Shown: positions 19,117 through 27,925 of the stretch, piece after piece | Layout: every line of letters begins with the position of its first letter | How positions within the stretch are numbered: position 1 is the first letter of the stretch | Assembly (NCBI GenBank): GCA_023145955.1 | Contig: JAGLDA010000051.1 | Coordinates: forward strand, 1 to 43,816 | Direction: 5' to 3' | DNA length: 43,816 nucleotides | DNA from: Bacteroidales bacterium | GTDB taxonomy: Bacteria; Bacteroidota; Bacteroidia; Bacteroidales; UBA1556 | Translations under genes and position numbers: made by a program | Notes under the pieces: generated by a model | Told to the model about the DNA's origin: nothing | Database searches by the model: none | The model's input: the letters and a program-made list of their open reading frames with translations, nothing else

Positions 19117-20847
19117 ATGAAAACAAGTAAAAATATTAAAATCCAGAATACAATCCAGCTACTATCACTTATAGTTGCTATTGTAGGAATCAATATAATT
19201 TCTCAGTTCTATTTTGGACGTTACGATCTCACCTCTGAGAAAAGATATTCAATTTCTGAAACTACTAAAGGAATTATTGAGAATATAGACGACATAGTAT
19301 ATGTAAGAGTATATCTTGATGGTGATTTGCCAGCAAATTTCAAAAAACTAAGAAACAGCACCCGCGAACTTCTTGATGACCTAAGGGCTTATAACAGCGA
19401 TATAATGTATGAGTTTATAAACCCTTCGGAGAATGATGACAAAACTACCCGACAGAAGCTTTATAAGGAACTAGTAGACCAAGGGTTATCATATTATAAT
19501 ATACCTGTAGAGAATAATGATGGTTATGCTCAAAAAACTGTATTCCCTAGTGCTCTTATTACCTACAGAGAAAAGAGTATAGCTCTTAACTTACTAACTA
19601 GCAACCGAAAAGTGCCTTTAGATGCTGAGATTGACAATTCCATACAATCGTTGGAATTAAAAATGTTGAATACAATTACTAAGCTAACAAAGAATAAAAT
19701 TCCATCTGTAGTATTTACTGTTGATCATGGTGAGCTTGATAATTACGAAAGTGGTGATATTGCTTATGAGCTATCCAAAATGTATGATGTTGGACAAATT
19801 GAGATTGGCAATCAGCTTACTAGTCTTATGCGAAGAGTTAAAGTTGATTCTGTAACTTCGGTAATGATACCTAATTTCGACCTTATTATTATTGCTCAAC
19901 CAACTGAGAAATTCAATATGAAGGACCTTTTTCTTATTGACCAATACATTATGCATGGCGGTAAGATAGTTTGGGCAGTTGATGCAGTTCAAGCAAGTAT
20001 GGATAGTTTACGCATATCTACTTCTACTATCGGCATGCCTTTAGATATAGGGCTGGCAGAGATTTTATTTAAATACGGAGTACGATTAAATACTAATTTA
20101 GTACTTAATAGAAATGCTTTGGCTATAGGTACCGCCGAAGGTGAATTGCGCACATGGGATTTCTTTCCGCATGCGTTGCCTGTAAAAGGACATATTATCA
20201 CCAATAACTTATCTGCTGTAAAAACTCACTTTGTAAGCAGCATGGATACCGTTGGCTCTTCCGCATTACGCAAAACTGTATTACTGCAAACAGACCGCAA
20301 CTCTAGGCTTATGCCTGCTCCTGCTCTTATCGACTTGGTAGATATAATATATCGAGGCCCAAACCCATCGTTATATTATAGCCCTCAACAACCTATTGCT
20401 ATACTTGTAGAAGGTGAATTTACTTCTGTATTTGAAAACAGAATGATTGACCCTAGAATAATGGAACAGAAAAAAATGCTTGATATTACTTATAAAAGCC
20501 CTGTAACGTCTCAATTATTTATTTCTGATGGAGACATTATCAGAAATCAAACCATGTCTTCTTCGCAAGGTCGTTCACCATACCCATTAGGATACGATAG
20601 ATACTCTAAACGTATGTTTGATAATAAGAAGTTTATTCTCAATGCAGTAAATTATATGTTAGGAGATAATGTTCTTATAGAACTAAGAAATAAGCAATAT
20701 AAAATTAGATTATTAGATAAAGATAAGATTGCAAAAGACAAACTCAAATGGCAGCTTATTAATACACTCTTACCAATAGTTTTAATCATTAGTTTAGGGT
20801 TGATTATTGGCTTTATTAAGCGAAAGAAATACGCTATTACAAAATAA
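19117..20847 (+). CDS. gldG: Gliding-motility-associated ABC transporter substrate-binding/accessory protein GldG
   Basis: 576 aa with N- and C-terminal TM anchors and a large periplasmic domain. RYDLTSEKRYSISETT and VYVRVYLDGDLP motifs are typical of GldG. Lies 4 nt after gldF. Confidence 0.8.
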   Translation: MKTSKNIKIQNTIQLLSLIVAIVGINIISQFYFGRYDLTSEKRYSISETTKGIIENIDDIVYVRVYLDGDLPANFKKLRNSTRELLDDLRAYNSDIMYEFINPSENDDKTTRQKLYKELVDQGLSYYNIPVENNDGYAQKTVFPSALITYREKSIALNLLTSNRKVPLDAEIDNSIQSLELKMLNTITKLTKNKIPSVVFTVDHGELDNYESGDIAYELSKMYDVGQIEIGNQLTSLMRRVKVDSVTSVMIPNFDLIIIAQPTEKFNMKDLFLIDQYIMHGGKIVWAVDAVQASMDSLRISTSTIGMPLDIGLAEILFKYGVRLNTNLVLNRNALAIGTAEGELRTWDFFPHALPVKGHIITNNLSAVKTHFVSSMDTVGSSALRKTVLLQTDRNSRLMPAPALIDLVDIIYRGPNPSLYYSPQQPIAILVEGEFTSVFENRMIDPRIMEQKKMLDITYKSPVTSQLFISDGDIIRNQTMSSSQGRSPYPLGYDRYSKRMFDNKKFILNAVNYMLGDNVLIELRNKQYKIRLLDKDKIAKDKLKWQLINTLLPIVLIISLGLIIGFIKRKKYAITK

Positions 20848-20864
20848 TACCTCAATATAATATT

Positions 20865-21941
20865 ATGATTAAAAAGACTATATTTATACTAGCTTTCAGC
20901 GCGATAGCCATCGTAATTGCCATTATTTCCATTAATAATGATAAGAGTAGTACCATCAGCAATGATTTTATACTCTATGATACCGCTAGCGTTGAGCAAA
21001 TATTTATGGTAAATAAACAAGAGCAGCATGTAAGCCTTGAAAAAAGAAATAATATTTGGTATGTGAATGGAGATAACATAGCTATTGGCGAAAATGTTGA
21101 TATCCTATTGCGTACTCTTATGTATATAGAGGTTAAAACTCCAGTATCAAAATCAGCACGAAATAGCTATATCAGCAAAATGGCCACCAACTCTACCAAG
21201 GTAGAGATTTATGGAAATGAACCTCTATTCAAAATATTTGGCATCGATTTTTTTAAAAGCAAACGTAAGATATTGGTTTTCTATGTAGGCCCTCCTACTA
21301 GAAATCATAAAGGTACCATTATGAAAATGGAAGATTCTGATGAGCTATACGTTACTTATCTACCTGGTTTTAATGGCTATTTATCTGAGAGGTTTTCTGC
21401 TAATTTTGCAGATTGGCTTAACCATAATATTTTTAAACTTCCTATTAAATCAATTGTAAGTGTAAAGGTAGAATTTGGAGAAAACCCAAATCAGTCATAT
21501 ATAATTAATAGTATTGGTAATAGAAACTATAATTTAACAGCCCTTTCAAGTAATAAAAAGGTTCATAATTATGATACCGTTAGGGTTTTACAAGAACTGG
21601 CATTCTTTAGAAACGTAAATTTTGAAACACTATTGGATAATATTCCTCAGCAGCGTTACGATTCACTACAGTCAAATGCGCCATATATTACCTTATCAGT
21701 TACAAATATTGCTCAACAAGTTACCAAAGTACGAATGTATCGTAGAAATAACTTTACCAATAAGCCTGATTTTAATGGAGAGGTAATATCTTATGATGTG
21801 GACAGAATGTATGCTCTAGTAGATGGATTTGATTATGTAGTAACAGTTCAATATTTTGTCTTTGATAATATTACTCGCCCATTGGATTACCTACTTGGTA
21901 AGGATATCTATGGTGAAAGTAGCTTGGAAGTATTAAGGTAG
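20865..21941 (+). CDS. DUF4340-like membrane-anchored protein
   Basis: 358 aa with an N-terminal TM anchor. Its position immediately after a GldG-type gene is the usual context for DUF4340. The family call is from context and memory. Confidence 0.55.
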   Translation: MIKKTIFILAFSAIAIVIAIISINNDKSSTISNDFILYDTASVEQIFMVNKQEQHVSLEKRNNIWYVNGDNIAIGENVDILLRTLMYIEVKTPVSKSARNSYISKMATNSTKVEIYGNEPLFKIFGIDFFKSKRKILVFYVGPPTRNHKGTIMKMEDSDELYVTYLPGFNGYLSERFSANFADWLNHNIFKLPIKSIVSVKVEFGENPNQSYIINSIGNRNYNLTALSSNKKVHNYDTVRVLQELAFFRNVNFETLLDNIPQQRYDSLQSNAPYITLSVTNIAQQVTKVRMYRRNNFTNKPDFNGEVISYDVDRMYALVDGFDYVVTVQYFVFDNITRPLDYLLGKDIYGESSLEVLR

Positions 21942-22155
21942 GGAAAATATAAGATTCTAAAAGTTCAGAGTGGTTTTAATAATAATACTGGTAATAAATT
22001 TCATCGTAATCGGTAATCGGTATTCAGTAAAACAGTCCTGATAGCCATTGAAGTGGATTTCAATTATAAAGTACATTAATTAATACAAGATTACTTAATA
22101 TACGATTTGTCCCGAATACCTAGAACAAATACAGTAGAACCCAAAACAATAAGAT

Positions 22156-22191
22156 AAAAAAAGGAGCAAATCAAACGATTTGCTCCTTTTT
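22156..22191. terminator. Bidirectional intrinsic terminator between convergent genes
   Basis: Stem aaggagcaaatc / gatttgctcctt with loop aaac. Flanked by an A-run on the left and a T-run on the right. Lies 19 nt beyond the acyl-CoA synthetase stop. Confidence 0.75.
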
Positions 22192-22209
22192 AATTATGTA
22201 AATATTTAT

Positions 22210-24039
22210 CTACTTAGTTTCCTTATTATTCATTTCTTCTCTAAGACCTAAATTACCAGTTTCTTCAGAGTATCCATAAATAAAATCAAGCTTTTTTGTA
22301 TAAACATTCTTTAAGAATTTACGTTTAAGCTTTAGCGTTGGTGAAAGTTCGCCAGTTTCCGGAGTCCATTCGCGGCAAGTAAGTGCCCATTTACGAATTT
22401 GGCGCTCATGACCAAGATTTTCATTTATCTTATCCACTTCAAGTTGTATTCTAGCTACCACTTTTTCATCTTTAATTAAATCAACATTATCACGGAAATG
22501 AATCTTCTTTACAGCAGCCCAACTATGCAAAAATTCGTAGGCAGGACTAATAATTGCTGCGGTAAACTTCTCACCTTCTCCAACAACTAATATCTGCTCA
22601 ATAAACTGCGACTCTTTTGCTCTATTCTCAAGAATTTGAGGTGCAACATATTTTCCTGTAGAAAGTTTAAAAATCTCCTTTTTTCTATCAGTAATTTTAA
22701 GGAAGTTATCAGAATCAACCTCTCCAATATCTCCAGTATGCAACCAACCGTCAGCATCTACTACTTCTTTAGTTTTCTCCTCATCTTTATAATATCCAAG
22801 CATTTGACTAGGGCCTTTCATACATATTTCGCCGTCTTCTTCAATTTTAATCTCTACATTATTAAGAATTGGCCCAACAGTACCAAACCTTATACCATCG
22901 TTATACTCATGATTCACCGAAATTACTGGTGATGTTTCTGTCATACCATAACCTTCCATTACTGGAATACCAGCTGCATTAAACGATCTTGCTAAACGCT
23001 CTTGGAGCGCTGCACCACCACTTATTATTATTTTAATATTTCCACCAAGAGCTTCGCGCCATTTGCTATATATAAGCTTATCAGCTATCTTATGCTGAAT
23101 TTTATACCACATTGAGCTTTCTTTAGGCAGATTGTATTTTACTCCCAATTCTATAGCCCAGAAAAATAACATTTTCTTTATTCCACTTAGGTCTTTACCT
23201 TTGGCAAGTATCTTATCGTAAGTTTTTTCTAAAACTCTAGGCACACTTGTAAAACCATCTGGTTTTATATCGCGCATATCATCTCCTGCAGTTTGTATGC
23301 TCTCAGCATAATATACACTGCAGCCATTATAAAGTACAAGGTAATTAACCATGCGCTCTAGAATATGACATAATGGTAAGAAACTAAGGTATTTATCACC
23401 TGGTTCCACTGGCATAAATTCATTAGTAGCATCTACATTTGCCATTATATTTCTATGGCTTAGCATAACGCCTTTTGAGCGACCTGTAGTTCCCGAAGTA
23501 TATATAATTGATGTTAGATCATCTAATTCTACCTCGCCTTTTCGTTTTTTGAACTCAGCTAATAATTCATCACTTTTGCTTTTTCCAAGAGCTACAATAT
23601 CTTCCCAACAATCAACATTAGAAACCTTATCTATTGTATAAACCATATTAATATTTGAATTCTGCTTTATGGATTCTTCTACAATTTTATAATGCTCTTC
23701 AGTGCCTGAAATTACCATTTTTGCATCAGAATGATCAAGAATATAATCATATTCTAATTTACCCATATTAGGATATACAGGTACATGCACCACTCCTATT
23801 TGACTCATTCCCATATCAATAAAATTCCATTCGGGTCTATTATTAGAAATCGTAAGAATTTTATCTTCTTTCTTAAAGCCTAAAGCTAGTAAACCTAAAC
23901 TGAAATTATTGCGATATTCAATAAACTGTTCGGCAGTGAATCCCTCCCATTGATCATTTCGCTTTACCGACAATATTATGTCGTTAGGATTAATTTCTTT
24001 ATTTTTCTCTAAAATTTCAAATGTTTTTAGTATTGACAT
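22210..24039 (-). CDS. Long-chain fatty acid-CoA ligase (AMP-dependent synthetase)
   Basis: AMP-binding motif IIYTSGTTGRSKGVMLSHRNI, plus GYGMTETS and TGDIGEVD...KITDRKKE motifs. 609 aa, ACSL type. Confidence 0.9.
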   Translation of the reverse strand: MSILKTFEILEKNKEINPNDIILSVKRNDQWEGFTAEQFIEYRNNFSLGLLALGFKKEDKILTISNNRPEWNFIDMGMSQIGVVHVPVYPNMGKLEYDYILDHSDAKMVISGTEEHYKIVEESIKQNSNINMVYTIDKVSNVDCWEDIVALGKSKSDELLAEFKKRKGEVELDDLTSIIYTSGTTGRSKGVMLSHRNIMANVDATNEFMPVEPGDKYLSFLPLCHILERMVNYLVLYNGCSVYYAESIQTAGDDMRDIKPDGFTSVPRVLEKTYDKILAKGKDLSGIKKMLFFWAIELGVKYNLPKESSMWYKIQHKIADKLIYSKWREALGGNIKIIISGGAALQERLARSFNAAGIPVMEGYGMTETSPVISVNHEYNDGIRFGTVGPILNNVEIKIEEDGEICMKGPSQMLGYYKDEEKTKEVVDADGWLHTGDIGEVDSDNFLKITDRKKEIFKLSTGKYVAPQILENRAKESQFIEQILVVGEGEKFTAAIISPAYEFLHSWAAVKKIHFRDNVDLIKDEKVVARIQLEVDKINENLGHERQIRKWALTCREWTPETGELSPTLKLKRKFLKNVYTKKLDFIYGYSEETGNLGLREEMNNKETK

Positions 24040-24097
24040 GACGCTGGTTTTATTTGGTTTGTATTATTCTTGTGATTTATATGTTAATATTTAAAGT

Positions 24098-24565
24098 TTA
24101 TTTTCTTTTAAATGTCCAAGTGAAATTAAATTCAGAGACAACATCACCATCTATATCAATTCCTATTGATTTTACATTGATAGTTACGCCTTCTCCTGTT
24201 TCTACAGTTTCTTTCACCGCATTATTTATTTCTTCTACCTGATTGCAGGTAAAAACTATTTTAGATCGGGCTTTTTTTGTAAACTTAGCATCCATATCAA
24301 AAACTAACATAGAAACTTTTTCGCTGCTTTTCATTACAGCCTCCATTGCTACTACTCCTGTAGATAATTCAGCAGCCATAGCTTGAACCGCAAAGTACAC
24401 AGATTTAAATGGATTTTTAGTTATTGTATTATACGGTACACTAACCTCGCAGTCGTGATCAGTAAATTTCAAAACTCGCATGCCTGCAAGGAATCCCATT
24501 GGCATTCGTTGTAAGAAAAACAACTTTATCTTAAACTTATTTAATAATGATTTTCTTAAATCCAT
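24098..24565 (-). CDS. DUF4442-like hotdog-fold protein (putative acyl-CoA thioesterase-like)
   Basis: 155 aa. The FLAGMRV...NPFKSVYFAVQAMAAELSTG pattern is as I remember for DUF4442. Sits inside the fatty-acid degradation cluster. Confidence 0.55.
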   Translation of the reverse strand: MDLRKSLLNKFKIKLFFLQRMPMGFLAGMRVLKFTDHDCEVSVPYNTITKNPFKSVYFAVQAMAAELSTGVVAMEAVMKSSEKVSMLVFDMDAKFTKKARSKIVFTCNQVEEINNAVKETVETGEGVTINVKSIGIDIDGDVVSEFNFTWTFKRK

Positions 24566-24819
24566 ATAATACTTATAAAATAATTTTCTATTCTTTAAAA
24601 TATGTTTGATTTACAAATTATAGAAAGTATAAGGGCGAGAGCCCCTATACTTCTAATTTGAACAAACACCGAATGAATAATCATTCGAATAAAACTAACA
24701 CAATCCACAATCCCCTTACTATTAGGGGAAATTGTGCAGTAAATAATTACAGAACAACTGTAATTAAAGTTATTTACGTTTTTAGAAAAACGTAATAACC
24801 AAAACAAATTACTCTTAAA

Positions 24820-26598
24820 TTAAAGAGTATATTTATTTTCTTCAATAAGAGCCTCAGCTATATTTCTACGAGCTTTAACAACATTTACTGATTTAATTTT
24901 AGTGAATCGCTTCATGCCCATAAGCATTGCTTTTTGCTCATCACCTTCAGAAAATGAATTAATGCCATCTACACCTAATTTATTAATTAAGTGAGCGTAG
25001 TCGTACATTACAACATCTAATATGCTCTTATAAATACTCATCTTATCTTCATCTAATATGCTATCTAGTTTCTGAACTCGTAGTAATGTAGATTCAGCAG
25101 CATAAGTATACATAAGCATATCTGCAGCATTCATAAGTAGCTCCTGCTCATTATTAATATCTTGCATATACTTTTGTAATGCAGCACCAGAAACCATTAA
25201 AATACTTTTCTTAAACTTCTTAATATTTTCATGGTATTCCTCAAAATAATCCATAGAAATACTTCCAAAATCAGGAATTCCCATCAACTCTTCAGAAACT
25301 GCCATTGCAGGAGTCATCATATCAATTTCACCTTTCATAGCACGTTTAATAAGCTCACCAACAGTAACCATACGGTTGATTTCGTTAGTTCCTTCAAAAA
25401 TACGGTTGATACGGCTATCACGATATGCTCTTTCTACGGCACTCTCTGCTGAATATCCCATACCACCATGAATTTGAACGGCCTCATCCACAACATAATC
25501 CAATGCTTCAGAGCCAAACACCTTTGCAATTGAAGCTTCAATACCATACTGACGAAGACTCTCAACACTTGCCTTACCTTTCTCTACTCCATCAGCTACA
25601 GCTTCGTTTATTGCATCATCAATATTTTGTGAAATTCTATATGTAAGCGACTCACTAACAAAAGTTCTTATAGTCATTTCAGCAATTTTATACTTTATAG
25701 CTCCAAAGTTAGAAATAGCTGTTTTAAATTGCTTACGCTCATTTGCATAATTTATACTTACATCGATAGTTGCCTTTGAAGCACCTATAGTTGCACCAGA
25801 AAGCTTAATACGGCCTAAATTAAGAATATATAAGGCTATCTTAAAACCACTATTTTGAGCACCCAAAAGATTCTCTACTGGTACTTTTACATCCTCAAAG
25901 AATACTTGTACTGTTGAAGAACCTCTTATACCAAGTTTTTCTTCATCCACTCCAATAGTAATTCCTTCACTTTTAGCATCAATTATAAATGCACTAAGAT
26001 TTTTATCGTCACCAATTTTTGCAAATACAATAAGTAAATCTGCAATTCCACCATTGGTAATCCACATCTTTACACCATTAAGGTTATATGATTTGCCATC
26101 TTCACTCAATATTGCACGAGATTTACCACTATTAGCATCGGAGCCAGCATCAGGCTCTGTTAGGCAATATGCTCCAACAGTTTCGCCAGTAGCTAAACCT
26201 GGTAAATATTTCTCTTTTTGAGCATCAGTTCCAAAATACAAAATTGGTAATGTTCCAATACCTGTATGTGCTGAATACGCAACTGCAAATCCATAGCCTT
26301 TGCCCATTTCTTCAAGAGCAAGCATTGATGTAACAAAATTTTGGTTGAAACCCATATACTCTTCAGGAATAGATATTCCTAAAAGACCTAAGTCACCAGC
26401 CTCTTTCATTAATTGAGCTAATAACTCACGATCGTGAGTATCTAACTGATCTATATTTGGCAATACTCGTGTATCAGTAAAATCTTTGCATGATTTTGCA
26501 ATCATTCTTTGCTCCTCGTTAAACTCCTCAGGAATAAATATATCTTCGAAATTTGTTTCCTTTATTAAGAATTCTCCACCTTTTAAAATCTTTGACAT
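24820..26598 (-). CDS. fadE: Acyl-CoA dehydrogenase (long FadE type, ~590 aa)
   Basis: ACAD motifs GAYCLTEPDAGSD, KMWITNGG, QIHGGMGY and RIFEGTNEI, with a C-terminal extension as in Bacillus FadE (YusJ). Confidence 0.9.
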   Translation of the reverse strand: MSKILKGGEFLIKETNFEDIFIPEEFNEEQRMIAKSCKDFTDTRVLPNIDQLDTHDRELLAQLMKEAGDLGLLGISIPEEYMGFNQNFVTSMLALEEMGKGYGFAVAYSAHTGIGTLPILYFGTDAQKEKYLPGLATGETVGAYCLTEPDAGSDANSGKSRAILSEDGKSYNLNGVKMWITNGGIADLLIVFAKIGDDKNLSAFIIDAKSEGITIGVDEEKLGIRGSSTVQVFFEDVKVPVENLLGAQNSGFKIALYILNLGRIKLSGATIGASKATIDVSINYANERKQFKTAISNFGAIKYKIAEMTIRTFVSESLTYRISQNIDDAINEAVADGVEKGKASVESLRQYGIEASIAKVFGSEALDYVVDEAVQIHGGMGYSAESAVERAYRDSRINRIFEGTNEINRMVTVGELIKRAMKGEIDMMTPAMAVSEELMGIPDFGSISMDYFEEYHENIKKFKKSILMVSGAALQKYMQDINNEQELLMNAADMLMYTYAAESTLLRVQKLDSILDEDKMSIYKSILDVVMYDYAHLINKLGVDGINSFSEGDEQKAMLMGMKRFTKIKSVNVVKARRNIAEALIEENKYTL

Positions 26599-26700
26599 TA
26601 TCTTTTGTTTTATATGTTCGTAATTTGTTTTTTATTGTTGATTGTTTGTTGTTAGTGGTTGTTAAAACAATAAATAACAAACCACAAACAACTAACATTA

Positions 26701-27873
26701 TTAAAGTAGCTCGTATATACCTGCTGCTCCTTGACCCGAACCAATACACATAGTAACCATGCCATATTTCTTGTTCTGGCGCTTAAGTTCATTAAGTATT
26801 TGTACGGTAAGTTTTCCACCGGTAGCTCCTAAAGGATGACCTAAGGCAATAGCTCCACCGTTTACATTAACGATATCAGGATTAATTCCTAAATCTTTAA
26901 TTACGGCAATACTTTGAGTAGCAAAAGCTTCGTTTAGCTCAATTAAGTCCATATCATTAAGTTTCATTCCTGCATGCTTAAGTACTTTAGGAATTGCCGC
27001 GATAGGACCAACACCCATTTTATAAGGCTCTACTCCTGCCACTTGATAATCAACAAGGCGTGCAATCGGTGTTAAGTTATAATCCTTAACAGCTTGCTCA
27101 GAAACCACAAGAACAAAAGCAGCTCCATCACTCATTTGCGAAGAGTTACCAGCTGTAGAAATTCCATCAGCAGCAAATGCAGGGCGAAGTTTTGATAAAC
27201 CAGCAGCAGTAGTACCTCTACGTGGTCCTTCATCCATATCAAACACTTTAGTTCGAGTTTTCATTTTGCCATCAGCATAATAATTCTCCTTAATATTTAA
27301 AGGAACTATTTGATCTTTAAAATATCCTTTATCAATAGCATTTACAGCTTTCTCAACAGATTTTGCTGCAAAAATATCCAACTCTTCTCTGTTTTGCTTA
27401 TATTCTCTAGCAACCATTTCCGAGGTTAATCCCATTGATAAATACCACTTAGGGTTATTCTTAGCAATCTCAGGATTAGGAACTTGCCTCCATCCTCCCA
27501 TGGATATCATCGACATTGTTTCGGCTCCACCAGCAATAATAATATCAGCCATTCCTGATTTTATTTTAGCAGTAGCTATTGCTATAGATTCTATTCCACT
27601 AGCACAGTATCTATTAATAGTTGACCCTGGCACTTCTACGGTGTCCATAGACATAAGCGAGAGCATTCGACCCATATTAAAGCCACTCTCTGCCTCTGGG
27701 AATGCATTACCAACAATTATATCATCAATCTTCTCATTCTCTATTTGAGGAAAATCATTCATCAAATGACGAATTACAGTTGCTGCAATATCATCAGGAC
27801 GAGTAAATTTCAATGTTCCTCGTGGTGCTTTACCTATTGCTGAGCGGTATCCCGCTACTATATATGCGTTCAT
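26701..27873 (-). CDS. fadA: Acetyl-CoA C-acyltransferase (3-ketoacyl-CoA thiolase)
   Basis: Active-site regions INRYCASGIESI, NEAFATQ, NVNGGAIALGHPLGATG and CIGSGQG. Confidence 0.95.
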   Translation of the reverse strand: MNAYIVAGYRSAIGKAPRGTLKFTRPDDIAATVIRHLMNDFPQIENEKIDDIIVGNAFPEAESGFNMGRMLSLMSMDTVEVPGSTINRYCASGIESIAIATAKIKSGMADIIIAGGAETMSMISMGGWRQVPNPEIAKNNPKWYLSMGLTSEMVAREYKQNREELDIFAAKSVEKAVNAIDKGYFKDQIVPLNIKENYYADGKMKTRTKVFDMDEGPRRGTTAAGLSKLRPAFAADGISTAGNSSQMSDGAAFVLVVSEQAVKDYNLTPIARLVDYQVAGVEPYKMGVGPIAAIPKVLKHAGMKLNDMDLIELNEAFATQSIAVIKDLGINPDIVNVNGGAIALGHPLGATGGKLTVQILNELKRQNKKYGMVTMCIGSGQGAAGIYELL

Positions 27874-27925
27874 ATTCTTTGTTTTTCTATTGTGTAATTA
27901 ATTATTCTCTAACCAAAATATAATT

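Noticed and set aside
22006-22022. Short tandem repeat gtaatcg-gtaatcg-gta
   Set aside because: There are only about 2.4 copies of a 7-mer. This is too small to be meaningful.
24595-24807. 70-aa minus-strand ORF in the fadE-DUF4442 spacer
   Set aside because: Its sequence is dominated by the hairpin arms described in the findings. It has no motifs and an odd composition, so the region is better explained as structured non-coding DNA.
26528-26753. ORFs 26528-26749 (-) and 26553-26753 (+) across the fadA-fadE spacer
   Set aside because: Both overlap the ends of well-supported genes and run through the low-complexity GTT/AAC inverted repeat. They are not credible coding sequence.
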